Below, in pieces: positions 21,478 to 30,892 of a stretch of 64,000 nucleotides of DNA (position 1 is its first letter; each line of letters starts with the position of its first letter). The DNA is from Flavobacteriales bacterium (GTDB taxonomy: Bacteria; Bacteroidota; Bacteroidia; Palsa-965). A model generated the notes under the pieces. It was given only the letters and a program-made list of their open reading frames with translations. It was not told the origin of the DNA and did not search any database. A program made the translations under genes and the position numbers. The stretch lies in the NCBI GenBank assembly GCA_040377305.1, contig JBEIPA010000008.1, positions 96,001 to 160,000 on the forward strand. Reading direction: 5' to 3'.

Positions 21478-22230
21478 GTGATAGCATTCATAACAGGAGC
21501 AAGTGCCGGATTCGGAAAAGCAACAGCAGAACTATTCGCGCAGAATGGTTGGGACATTGTAATTACTGGTCGTCGTAAAACGCGATTGGAAGTTCTGGAA
21601 CGTCAGTTAAAAGAAAAGTACAATATTGATGTGCTCGCGTTGACCTTCGACGTTCGGAGTCACGATGAAGTGAAGAAAGCCGTGGAGTCTCTTCCCGAAA
21701 AATGGAAGAATATCGATTTACTCGTTAACAATGCAGGACTTGCAGCCGGACTTGGTCCGATACAGGAAGGTGTACTTTCTGATTGGGAAGACATGATTGA
21801 CACCAACGTGAAAGGTTTGTTGTACATGACGCGCAACATTGCTCCGTTGATGGTCGCGAATAAGAAAGGGCACATCATTAACATTGGTTCTATCGCAGGC
21901 AAAGAAGTGTATGCGAATGGAAATGTGTACTGTGCTACGAAGCATGCGGTTGATGCGTTAACGAAAGCGATGCGCCTTGACATGGTGCAGCACGGAATTA
22001 AAGTCACGCAGATTGCTCCGGGCATGGCGGAAACAGAATTCTCTATTGTTCGTTTCAAAGGTGATGATGAGAAAGCGAAGAACGTTTACAAAGGATTGAC
22101 ACCGCTTTCTGCACAAGACATTGCAGAAACAATCTGGTGGGTGGCGACGCGTCCTGCGCATGTGAACATCAACGATATTGTCATTATGCCGACTGCTCAG
22201 GCGAATTCAACAACAGCTATACGGAAGTGA
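21478..22230 (+). CDS. SDR family NADP-dependent oxidoreductase (YdfG-like)
   Basis: TGASAGFG, NNAG, YCATK, PGMAETEFS.VRF, RPAHVNI. Confidence 0.93.
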   Translation: MIAFITGASAGFGKATAELFAQNGWDIVITGRRKTRLEVLERQLKEKYNIDVLALTFDVRSHDEVKKAVESLPEKWKNIDLLVNNAGLAAGLGPIQEGVLSDWEDMIDTNVKGLLYMTRNIAPLMVANKKGHIINIGSIAGKEVYANGNVYCATKHAVDALTKAMRLDMVQHGIKVTQIAPGMAETEFSIVRFKGDDEKAKNVYKGLTPLSAQDIAETIWWVATRPAHVNINDIVIMPTAQANSTTAIRK

Positions 22231-24074
22231 TGCGAAACAACTTGACACTGTTGATTGGTATTTTTACCGCGAAGACGCCAAAACGCCAAGAACAAAGCTG
22301 GCCAAACGTCATTGCGAGCCACGCGACGCAATCCCACGAGCGGACGACAGCTTTTCAATTTTATACTGATCTTTCAGCGAAGTACGCTGTGCCGGCTAGC
22401 TTTGTGATTGGCGCATTCCTGATCCTGATCTTGTACGGTTGCGGCTCAAACAAAAAACAAGCGGCCGACTACATTGTAACGAATGCAAAAGTTTACACCG
22501 CAGATGCATCGTTCACCGTTCTGGAATGTTTTGCTGTGAAAGATGATCGGATTATTGCGGTTGGAACGGATACTACTATTCTGGCGACATACGAAGCAGA
22601 CAGTATCATCAACATGGATGGCAAAGTAGTTCTTCCTGGATTGATTGATGCACATTGTCATTTCTACGGATACGCGAAAGGATTACGGGAGTGCAATCTT
22701 GTTGGTACAAAATCATTTGACGAAGTTCTTGATCGAGTAAAGAAATTTGCGGAGACGAATAAACGCGCGTGGATTGTTGGTCGTGGTTGGGATCAGAACG
22801 ATTGGTCTGTGAAATATTATCCTGACAAGGATATGCTGGATAGTTTGTTTCCGAATACACCAGTCATGCTGAAACGTATTGACGGTCATGCAGCGTTAGT
22901 GAACTCTGCGGCATTGCGTGCGGCGAATATCACTGATTCCACAGAAATATCAGGCGGAGAAATCCTGCGTGAAATAATTGAAACGCCCGGTCAGCGCAGA
23001 CGTGAAGTAAAAACCCGTGGTGCTGCAACCGGAATTCTCATCGACAATGCAGTTGATCTGGTTGATCGTGTGATTCCTCCGATGGATGAGAAGCAAATAC
23101 GCGAAGCAATTCTTGAAGCTCAGAAAAATTGTTTTGAAGTCGGTTTAACTACGCTCGATGATTGCGGCCTGATGAAAGAAGAAGTTGATCTGCTCACCGC
23201 AATGGAATCGTCCGGTGAACTGAAAATGCGTTTGTACATCATGCTGAGCGATAGTTCACCAAACTACGCGTATTACATGACGAAAGGCCCGACGAAGACA
23301 CCACACATCAATGTTCGTTCATTCAAGTTTTATGGTGATGGCGCACTCGGTTCACGCGGAGCATTTTTATTAGAGCCGTACGAAGATCTTCCCGGTCACA
23401 GCGGATTTCTGTTGCGTACGCCGGCACATTACAGAGAGAAGTTCACACAGTGTCGCGATAAAGGCTTTCAGGTGTGCACACATTGTATTGGTGATTCTGC
23501 CAATCGTTTAGTGCTGCAAATGTTTGGCGAATTACTGCCGGAGAATAACGATGCCCGTTGGAGAATTGAACACGCACAGGTTGTAAATCCGGATGATCGC
23601 GTTTACTTCAAAAAGTATGGCGTGATTCCTTCTGTGCAGCCAACGCACGCTACTTCCGACATGTATTGGGTGGAAAAACGTTTAGGTATTTCGAGAATGG
23701 CGGGTGCTTATGCCTACCGTTCACTGCTCGATGAATGCGGTATCTTTGCACTGGGCACTGACTTCCCGGTTGAAAATATTAATCCCATGTACACGCTCTA
23801 TTCAGCTGTTGCCAGAAAGGATCTGAAAGGATTTCCGGCTGAAGGATTCATGTTGCAGGAAGCGGTTGATCGTAAACAGGCAATCTGGGGTATGACATCG
23901 TGGGCTGCATTTTCCAACTTCGAGGAAAAAGAAAAAGGACAAATTGCACCCGGAATGTTTGCCGATTTCATTGTGCTAAGTGCCGATCCTCTTGAATGTC
24001 CGGTGAATGAAATTCCGAATATCGCAGTACTTGAAACATGGAGCGGTGGTAAAAAAGTATACGAGAAGAAATGA
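22230..24074 (+). CDS. Amidohydrolase 3 family (YtcJ-like) lipoprotein
   Basis: PGLIDAHCH, GRGWDQNDW, RIDGHA, DGALGSRGA, HCIGD, RIEHAQ, GTDFPVE. ATG overlaps the upstream stop (TGATG); the true start is uncertain. Confidence 0.92.
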   Translation: MRNNLTLLIGIFTAKTPKRQEQSWPNVIASHATQSHERTTAFQFYTDLSAKYAVPASFVIGAFLILILYGCGSNKKQAADYIVTNAKVYTADASFTVLECFAVKDDRIIAVGTDTTILATYEADSIINMDGKVVLPGLIDAHCHFYGYAKGLRECNLVGTKSFDEVLDRVKKFAETNKRAWIVGRGWDQNDWSVKYYPDKDMLDSLFPNTPVMLKRIDGHAALVNSAALRAANITDSTEISGGEILREIIETPGQRRREVKTRGAATGILIDNAVDLVDRVIPPMDEKQIREAILEAQKNCFEVGLTTLDDCGLMKEEVDLLTAMESSGELKMRLYIMLSDSSPNYAYYMTKGPTKTPHINVRSFKFYGDGALGSRGAFLLEPYEDLPGHSGFLLRTPAHYREKFTQCRDKGFQVCTHCIGDSANRLVLQMFGELLPENNDARWRIEHAQVVNPDDRVYFKKYGVIPSVQPTHATSDMYWVEKRLGISRMAGAYAYRSLLDECGIFALGTDFPVENINPMYTLYSAVARKDLKGFPAEGFMLQEAVDRKQAIWGMTSWAAFSNFEEKEKGQIAPGMFADFIVLSADPLECPVNEIPNIAVLETWSGGKKVYEKK

Positions 24075-24817
24075 TGCTGCGTAAACACATATTGATTGCA
24101 TTCGTGTTGTTGTTAGCGCAACAGGCATTCGCGTTTCGTCCTCCTTTGTCTTCACAATACGAGCGAAGAATCTATTCTTTCAGTCTCGCCGCCGGATCAG
24201 GCTATTCTTTCTTTGGAATTGACGAAAGACACAGTGAAGCAGCCTCTCCTTTGCTCCAATTGAACGGAATGTTCCGCTTTCACTTCTTCGTAACGCCCAA
24301 CGTACACATTCAATTGGGACTGGAAGTACTCAGTCAGAAATGCAAATTCAACACCTACTACTTCGCAGACGGGCATTCTTTCTTCTACGACCGGTCTTTC
24401 GGGTACACGCATCGTATGCGTTCGTATGAATTATACATTCCGGTAATCGCCAGAATTGGCCTAACTCCGCAGGAAGAAAACGCGCGTGCAATTTTCCATA
24501 TCGATGCAGGCTACGCAATTAAAACATTTCTCTCTTCATCTGCTGTAGTCACGCGCAATTCCGACGGCAAAGACATCTGGGGCGGCACAACCGAACTCAC
24601 CTTCGAACATTTTCTGATTAGCGAACAAACCAGCAGTGTTGCAATTATAGGAATGGGTGTCGACAAACGAATCGGATGGACGCAGAAATTTATTTCGTTT
24701 GAGTTGTTCTATCGGTATAATTTTTCGCGGTATCGTTACCAGGGAAATTATAATACGAATGATTTGATGATAAAGAATTCGTGTTTGACTCTTCAGATTG
24801 GGTATCGGTTTCAATAA
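24071..24817 (+). CDS. Outer-membrane beta-barrel protein (PorT-like), hypothetical
   Basis: Signal peptide, alternating beta strands, terminal LQIGYRFQ. Confidence 0.75.
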   Translation: MMLRKHILIAFVLLLAQQAFAFRPPLSSQYERRIYSFSLAAGSGYSFFGIDERHSEAASPLLQLNGMFRFHFFVTPNVHIQLGLEVLSQKCKFNTYYFADGHSFFYDRSFGYTHRMRSYELYIPVIARIGLTPQEENARAIFHIDAGYAIKTFLSSSAVVTRNSDGKDIWGGTTELTFEHFLISEQTSSVAIIGMGVDKRIGWTQKFISFELFYRYNFSRYRYQGNYNTNDLMIKNSCLTLQIGYRFQ

Positions 24818-24883
24818 ACTTTAGGACGCCTGCCGCGGGCCACCACGGCGACGGGCCGTAACGGCGCAAAAGATCGGTGCGCA

Positions 24884-25387
24884 TTATTTCAATAAGAAAC
24901 TATCAATGTAAGTAGCAACTATTGAATCAGTGAGGATGGGAGCGGAAACTAGTGAATCAAAAACAATATTTGCACCGCCGACATTTTTTACAAAAGCAAA
25001 TACCATATCAGAAGGGATTCCATTGTGATACAAAACTCTTAATGAGACTGTATCGTGCTTGAAAACTTCCTTAGATTTTATTCTTCCGTCAATTTCAAAC
25101 ACAGTCTCCAACCCATCCTTCTTACCGTCAACATAGAAGCAAGTCCTTTCAACCGTGCCATTATCATGGTAGCAAGAATCAACTCCTTGATAAACATTGT
25201 CTTCACTTGTAACCTTTCTACTTACTACTCCATTTTCAAAATAATACCACATTGTATCTAAACAGTCCGGTTCATTGCATTTTTTATACACGCTCTGAAT
25301 AGTTCCGTCATCATATTTCGATACCACAGTATCACTGCAACAGGCAAGTAGGATAATTACGGGTATGGTGAGAAAGATTGACTTCAC
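24884..25387 (-). CDS. MORN-variant repeat lipoprotein (YwqK-like)
   Basis: Lipobox LLAC; YYFENG, YHDNG..E...YVDGKKDG repeats; appears AT-richer than its neighbours. Confidence 0.7.
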   Translation of the reverse strand: MKSIFLTIPVIILLACCSDTVVSKYDDGTIQSVYKKCNEPDCLDTMWYYFENGVVSRKVTSEDNVYQGVDSCYHDNGTVERTCFYVDGKKDGLETVFEIDGRIKSKEVFKHDTVSLRVLYHNGIPSDMVFAFVKNVGGANIVFDSLVSAPILTDSIVATYIDSFLLK

Positions 25388-25471
25388 GGTTTATGATCTG
25401 TTATACAACTTTTGTTCTTTGACAAAGACGCTCAAATTGTTTGATATTGCCGGTTCGTCTTCCAAATATTG

Positions 25472-28105
25472 TTACTTCCCACCATACCTATACCCCATAC
25501 TCGCCCTACTCTTCTCCTCCTTCACCACAAACTCCGCCACATCTTCCAACGCCAACGTATGCAACACTTCCTTCGTTCGCTTGTCTGAATCCATTGCAGC
25601 CATTCGTAAGTGCTGGTTCTTCACTGCTTCGCCGATGATCTGACGAACGGAGCGCGCGTTACCGAAATACTTGTCGCGGTTGGTGTAAAGCTGACCGAGA
25701 TAGCTCTGCAAATGTTCGAGTGCTGCAGGTGAAGGTGTAAGTCCTTCTTTTTCTAGCAGGGAAAGTGCAATGGTGTAAAGCTCGTCGGCCGTGTAGTCCA
25801 TGAACTCGTAGTGACGATCGAAACGCGATTTCAATCCCGGGTTGGCTTCGATAAAATCTTTCATGTTGTCCGGATAACCTGCAACGATGACACCGAATTT
25901 GCCCCGGAGATCTTCCATCTTTTTCAGGATGACCTGAATGGCTTCTGCACCGAAACCATGTGACGTATCGCTATTCGCAAGTGCGTATGCTTCATCGATG
26001 AAGAGAACTCCACCTTGTGCTTCCTGAATCCGTTCCGCAGTTTTGATTGCAGTTTGTCCGACGTATCCGGCAACGAGTCCTTCACGATCAACTTCTACCA
26101 CGTGACCTTTCTCAACGAGACCAAGTCCTTTGTAGATTTTGCCGATGATACGCGCAACAGTTGTTTTTCCTGTTCCCGGATTACCAGTGAAGATCGCGTG
26201 TAATGAAAAACGATTCATCACTTCTTTTCCGGTCTCGCGGTAGAAACGAACCAACTTCACGAGCTCGCTAACTTCAGCTTTGATGTTGCTCATCCCAACC
26301 AGTGCATTGAGTTCATCAAGTGCTTCCCGCAATAATTTCTCGTTGATGCCAATCTCAATCTTCTTTTTCGCTCTGCCACCGAATGCTTTTTCAACATCGG
26401 CAACGGTTAACGTGCTCAATGCGTCGTTATCCATCGTTGCAACATCACCGGCCTGCATCAAACGCAAAGCCATATTCATCTTGGCAGATTCAACAACACC
26501 CAACGCCATACGTGCATTTCCGAAAGTGCGATCACGTGTACGATAAGCTTCGATAAACGCTTCCTCCAAAAACTTAATCGCGTCTTCGGCTAGCTTCACG
26601 CCTTTCTTCAGTGTTCCTGAAGTGGCGATCGCGAGAAGTTCGTCTGGCGTATAATCTTCAAACTCATAGTAGTGAGAGAAACGCGATTTCATTCCGGGAT
26701 TCGAATCCAAAAATGCTTCCATCTCCTTCGGATAACCTGCGCCCATGATAGCAATATCACCTGTGCCGTCCGACATTTCCTTCAGAAGTATTTCGATTAC
26801 TTCTTTTCCGAAATCTTTTGAATCGTCACCTGCACGGGCAAGTGCATATGCTTCGTCAATGAAAAGTATGCCACCTTTCGCCGACTCAATAATTTTCTTT
26901 GTCTTCGGTGCTGTTTGTCCGATGTATTCACCCACAAGATCTGCGCGATCAACTTCCACCACATGTCCTTTCGAAAGCAATCCCATTTTCTGGTAAATCT
27001 TTCCGAGCATATTCACCACGGTAGTCTTTCCTGTTCCCGGATTACCAGTGAAAACACTATGCAGATTGATTTTGCCGCTCTCTTCAAATCCTTTTTCCTT
27101 ACGGACTTTTAAGAAGTTGAGATAGCTGATGTGATCGCGAACACTTTTCTTGATGTTGGTTAATCCGATGAGAGAATCCAGCTCTGCTAGCAACTCTTCC
27201 ATCGTCTTCTCTTCAACAGTTGCTTCGGCCTTCTTCTCCTGCTCGCCAGTTTCTCCACCAGCAGCAGATTTCACCAGCATTTCATTTCCAGTCAACAACT
27301 CCGGGTTGCCTTCCACATCGACATTGCTCACATCGAAACGTACCTGGGCCACGAGCGTATCCATGAAAAGTACTTCCACAAAATACACATCGTCTTTCCA
27401 GGAACCTGCAGTTGCATTTCCCCAGCCAACATCGAATGTGTATTTGTAATCTTTCTTTGCCTTATCGACTTTTCCTTCACGCTGCACTTGTCCTTTCAAT
27501 TGGTGCGCATCATCGAGAAAATTGAACGTGAGTTCATACTCCCAATCCATCTCGCTCTTGTTCGCGATTTCCATTTCAGCCCACACGTATTGCGTTTTAT
27601 CGCGATTGATCTGCTTCAGGTAAACACGATCTTTACTCTCCCATCCGTTAAAATCACCGGAGTAGAGTTTCAAGTGATTCACTTTGAAATACGGATTGTA
27701 CTCTTTCGTCACCTTCCCGATTTCATTCACCACGAAACGGGTTTCAGCAGCTTTCTCACTGTCAATCCACGCCTCCCAAATGTATTCACCCTTCTTCCAA
27801 TACACACCTTCTTTCGGATTGCCCCAACCATCGCGCATGTATACGATGTTTTCGTCCATCTTTATCTCGCGTTTTGTATCGAGTGAACAAATTTCTTTCC
27901 GCTCCACTCCCAATATTTCGAAACACTTGAGAATGACAGTGCACTCCCAGGTTTCTTCATCGAACAATTTATTGTAGAACGAAAACTCGCAACGAACATA
28001 CGCGAGCTCTGCTTTGTCGAAAATCTTACGATACTTCTTGGTCGAATTCGCCATCCACTCATCAGAGGAGAATGTGCGCATTTCTTTTACTTTATATTTC
28101 TTCAC
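25472..28105 (-). CDS. Tandem AAA+ ATPase of the CbbX/CfxQ/SpoVK family with a duplicated N-terminal domain
   Basis: Two copies each of FTGNPGTGKTT, GHVVEVDR..LV..Y.GQTA.KT, GG.LFIDEAY.L, NPG.KSRF and FGNAR. Confidence 0.92.
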   Translation of the reverse strand: MKKYKVKEMRTFSSDEWMANSTKKYRKIFDKAELAYVRCEFSFYNKLFDEETWECTVILKCFEILGVERKEICSLDTKREIKMDENIVYMRDGWGNPKEGVYWKKGEYIWEAWIDSEKAAETRFVVNEIGKVTKEYNPYFKVNHLKLYSGDFNGWESKDRVYLKQINRDKTQYVWAEMEIANKSEMDWEYELTFNFLDDAHQLKGQVQREGKVDKAKKDYKYTFDVGWGNATAGSWKDDVYFVEVLFMDTLVAQVRFDVSNVDVEGNPELLTGNEMLVKSAAGGETGEQEKKAEATVEEKTMEELLAELDSLIGLTNIKKSVRDHISYLNFLKVRKEKGFEESGKINLHSVFTGNPGTGKTTVVNMLGKIYQKMGLLSKGHVVEVDRADLVGEYIGQTAPKTKKIIESAKGGILFIDEAYALARAGDDSKDFGKEVIEILLKEMSDGTGDIAIMGAGYPKEMEAFLDSNPGMKSRFSHYYEFEDYTPDELLAIATSGTLKKGVKLAEDAIKFLEEAFIEAYRTRDRTFGNARMALGVVESAKMNMALRLMQAGDVATMDNDALSTLTVADVEKAFGGRAKKKIEIGINEKLLREALDELNALVGMSNIKAEVSELVKLVRFYRETGKEVMNRFSLHAIFTGNPGTGKTTVARIIGKIYKGLGLVEKGHVVEVDREGLVAGYVGQTAIKTAERIQEAQGGVLFIDEAYALANSDTSHGFGAEAIQVILKKMEDLRGKFGVIVAGYPDNMKDFIEANPGLKSRFDRHYEFMDYTADELYTIALSLLEKEGLTPSPAALEHLQSYLGQLYTNRDKYFGNARSVRQIIGEAVKNQHLRMAAMDSDKRTKEVLHTLALEDVAEFVVKEEKSRASMGYRYGGK

Positions 28106-28164
28106 GAAAGCGGGTTTTAAGAAAGATGAAATTAAGAAATAGATCGTGAATCTGGATGGAAAAA

Positions 28165-28366
28165 GGAACGCGGATTTTGATGTGCTTTTGGTGTTAGCGG
28201 TGTGCTCGGATCTGTGTGGTAGTTAGATCGTTTCGGTATTGGATTTTATGAGATAAGCCCAAAGTATAGCGAGTTTATCTCATTAGATCCAAATACAAGC
28301 TGAAGTATACACCGCAGTGATCCGAGATCAGTACTAGAAAACAACGAACATAAAAATCCGCGTTCC
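28165..28366. repeat. Inverted pair of ~93-bp repeat units (copy A + 28165-28257; copy B - 28274-28366)
   Basis: GGAACGCGGATTTT...CTCGGATC...TTGGATTTTATGAGATA followed by its diverged reverse complement about 16 bp later. Confidence 0.92.
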
Positions 28367-28378
28367 CATGGCCACGAT

Positions 28379-28756
28379 CTAGGCCATGCGGCTCACATAA
28401 TGACTTCCGAAATCAGTCAGAGCCAATTCGGGACATACACCCTTCTTCCAGTGAAAAGAGCCGTCTTTTTGCTTTGCCAAATTCTTGTGGAGTCCTCCAA
28501 AATCGTAGAGGGAAGGAAACTTGCTTGTTGTGGGAGCGTCATACCGAAGTTCCACATATCCCGTCCTCAAGAGCTGCTCTACGGCTTCAGCCATGCGCTC
28601 TGCCAGCATGATCGTATCCGGATTTGTTTGATTGTTGAACAAGGTTGTGTACAACACCGAAACAGGCAAACAACCGCCACCTTCGTTACGCAACCATCTT
28701 AAGATCTGGCGCTGAAGGGTGGTGAGACGATTGAGTTCGGGTTGAATCTGCTTCAT
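28379..28756 (-). CDS. Hypothetical 125-aa protein, possibly winged helix
   Basis: ATG start with a TATCTTAG -7-like box upstream; LT.LQ..IL..L...L...GYV...LTDFG pattern. Confidence 0.6.
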   Translation of the reverse strand: MKQIQPELNRLTTLQRQILRWLRNEGGGCLPVSVLYTTLFNNQTNPDTIMLAERMAEAVEQLLRTGYVELRYDAPTTSKFPSLYDFGGLHKNLAKQKDGSFHWKKGVCPELALTDFGSHYVSRMA

Positions 28757-28788
28757 GCCGCTAAGATAGTGATGCGCTGGAGAAAAAA

Positions 28789-29219
28789 GGAACGCGGATT
28801 TTGATGTGCTTTTGGTGTTAATGGTTATCTCGGATCAGCGCAGTGCATAAAAGATTTCGGTATTGGATTTTATGAGATAGGTTTGCTAGTGCAAGGCAAT
28901 AAAAAAGGAACGCGGATTTTGATATGCTTTGGTGTTAGCGGTTATCTCGGATCAGCGCGGTGCATAGAATCATTCGGTATTGGATTTTATGAGACAGGTT
29001 TGCTAGTGCAAGACTACAGAATAGGAACGCGGATTTTGATGTGCCTTTGGTGTTAGCGGCTGTCTCGGATCAGCACGGTGTATAGAACGTTCCGTTATTG
29101 GATTTAATGAGATAAGCCTAACAAGTCTATCTCATAAGATCCAATTCTCAGTCGAAGTATTTACCACAATGATCCGAGAGCAGCATTAGAAAACAACGAA
29201 ACACAAAAATCCGCGTTCC
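28789..29219. repeat. Array of ~93-bp repeat units: three direct copies (28789, 28907, 29024) and one inverted copy (29127-29219)
   Basis: Period 118/117 bp with similar linkers (TTTGCTAGTGCAAG); the last copy is reverse-oriented. Confidence 0.93.
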
Positions 29220-29230
29220 CTTCCTAACTT

Positions 29231-30892
29231 CTACTTCGTAATGCCCGTGATTGGAGTACCCGTACACCCATTCGGACTCTGAATGTTCAGCATCAAACAA
29301 AGCGTTGGAGCAATGTCTTCGATGTAAACGGGCTCATCCGATTTTCCGTTCTGAACTTTCCAGCCCCACCAGTAAAGCGGAACGTGTGTATCGTATGACC
29401 ACGGAGTTCCGTGAGAAGTGCCTGTGCTGCGGTGCCAATCCGATAACCAACCTGGATTGAGAATTATTGCAACGTCACCTGAGCGACGGAAATAAAATCC
29501 TTTTTGCACAAGATGCTTCGGGGTTTCGTTGTATTCGTTGGCTGCGAGATCAGTTGAAGTCATGGTCGATGCAACACCGGGAAAACGCATGAGGAAATTA
29601 GCAACGTAGCGCTGAAGTTCTTCCTGCTTGATTCCTTTTGCTTCCATCTGTTTGTGATTGAAGTACACCTGGTCGTTCGCAATTCCCCAAACGAGTGTAT
29701 CACCGTATACGCGTTTGAGATTTCTCTTGAGGGAATCTTCTACAATGTCTTCACGAAAAAATCCACCTGGAATTCCAGCGTCAATGAGAAACTGGGGATT
29801 TTCAACAGCGCCATGATCTGCAGTAAGGAACACAAGTGCGTTGTTTTTCCCAACCCAGTTGTCAATGAACTTCAGAAAATCTGCAAGCTCTTTGTCCATG
29901 CGCAGGTAACAATCTTCAACTTCAATGCTCTGTGGACCGAACATGTGTCCGATATAATCGGGTGAAGAAAAACTCACTGCAAGAAAATCCGTGAACTTTC
30001 CTTTGCCGAGATTTTCTGCCTGAATAAGAGCTTGTGCAAAATCGCGCGTGTATGTATTTCCGCCGGGAACAGCGCGAATCAATCCCAGATTTCCATTCTG
30101 CGCTTTCAGTGAAGGAATATTGTGCGGAAAAGTGGGTGATGTTTCTCCCTTCCACATTCCTTCGTAGGGCGAATTATCCGGAAGACTTTCCGTGTACTGT
30201 TCGATCGGCAGCAACGTTGTCCATTGTGTCGAAAGATATTGCTCAGGTAATTTCCGGCTGTTGAATTCATTGACCCACGTAGGAAGTGTAGTCATATAGT
30301 GCGTGCTCGTTACAAAACTTCCGGTCGAACCGTCGTACCAATAAGCAGCATTAGCAGTGGGTCCAGCAGGAAGAATTGCCGAACGATCCTTCAACGCAAT
30401 TCCGAAAACTTTTGATCCGTTGTTTGATGCCAGATGAAGTTGCGATCCAACTGTTGTGGTGAGCAAACGTTTCGGTGAGCGTTTTCCTTCATCCGAACCT
30501 GTGCCAACACCTTTCACGCTTTCATCCTGAACACAGTAAACCGATCTTCCGGCTTCACGATCAAGCCAATCGTTCGCGATAATTCCGTGTACCGCCGGAG
30601 TTGTCCCCGTGTAAATCGAAGCGTGACCCGGACCCGTGTACGTTGGCATGTAATTGTAATTCGTGTTGCGGCACTCGTATCCTTGCGACAACATACGTTT
30701 GAATCCGTCGGTACCGAGTTTGTCCCAATAGCGGTAAACATAATCGAAACGCATTTGATCCAATACGATTCCCACTACCAGTTTTGGTTGAGCCGGAACA
30801 ACTGCCGGAGCTGGTGGTGGATTCTTTTTCGCCTGCGCAGCGAATGCAAGAATGATAAACAATGCGGGAATGAGTACGAGTGCTTTCTTCAT
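29231..30892 (-). CDS. Alkaline phosphatase family protein (PafA-like)
   Basis: VVGIVLDQMR.DY, PTYTGPGHASIYTG, SPDYIGH.FGP, TADHG, HGTPWSYDTHVP. ATG at 30892 is coupled to the crcB stop. Confidence 0.93.
   Translation of the reverse strand: MKKALVLIPALFIILAFAAQAKKNPPPAPAVVPAQPKLVVGIVLDQMRFDYVYRYWDKLGTDGFKRMLSQGYECRNTNYNYMPTYTGPGHASIYTGTTPAVHGIIANDWLDREAGRSVYCVQDESVKGVGTGSDEGKRSPKRLLTTTVGSQLHLASNNGSKVFGIALKDRSAILPAGPTANAAYWYDGSTGSFVTSTHYMTTLPTWVNEFNSRKLPEQYLSTQWTTLLPIEQYTESLPDNSPYEGMWKGETSPTFPHNIPSLKAQNGNLGLIRAVPGGNTYTRDFAQALIQAENLGKGKFTDFLAVSFSSPDYIGHMFGPQSIEVEDCYLRMDKELADFLKFIDNWVGKNNALVFLTADHGAVENPQFLIDAGIPGGFFREDIVEDSLKRNLKRVYGDTLVWGIANDQVYFNHKQMEAKGIKQEELQRYVANFLMRFPGVASTMTSTDLAANEYNETPKHLVQKGFYFRRSGDVAIILNPGWLSDWHRSTGTSHGTPWSYDTHVPLYWWGWKVQNGKSDEPVYIEDIAPTLCLMLNIQSPNGCTGTPITGITK

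Noticed and set aside
22968-23020. Possible insertion EIIETPGQRRREVKT in the amidohydrolase as another coding palindrome
   Set aside because: No clear hairpin or second copy; it may be an ordinary variable loop.
24822-24884. GC-rich intergenic stretch as an attC-like or REP site
   Set aside because: No convincing long stem, no attC core boxes and no second copy in the window.
24884-25387. Toxin-antitoxin or immunity module (YwqK-like)
   Set aside because: There is no adjacent toxin gene; MORN-variant repeats alone are not sufficient.
28789-28880. Conserved RNA secondary structure in the 93-bp unit (TATCTC/GAGATA pairing)
   Set aside because: The pairing works in copies C and E but is broken in A, G and H without compensation, so there is no support for an ncRNA call by eye.
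28789-29219. CRISPR array
   Set aside because: Units are ~93 bp and degenerate, the linkers resemble each other instead of being unique spacers, the last copy is inverted, and there are no cas genes in the window.
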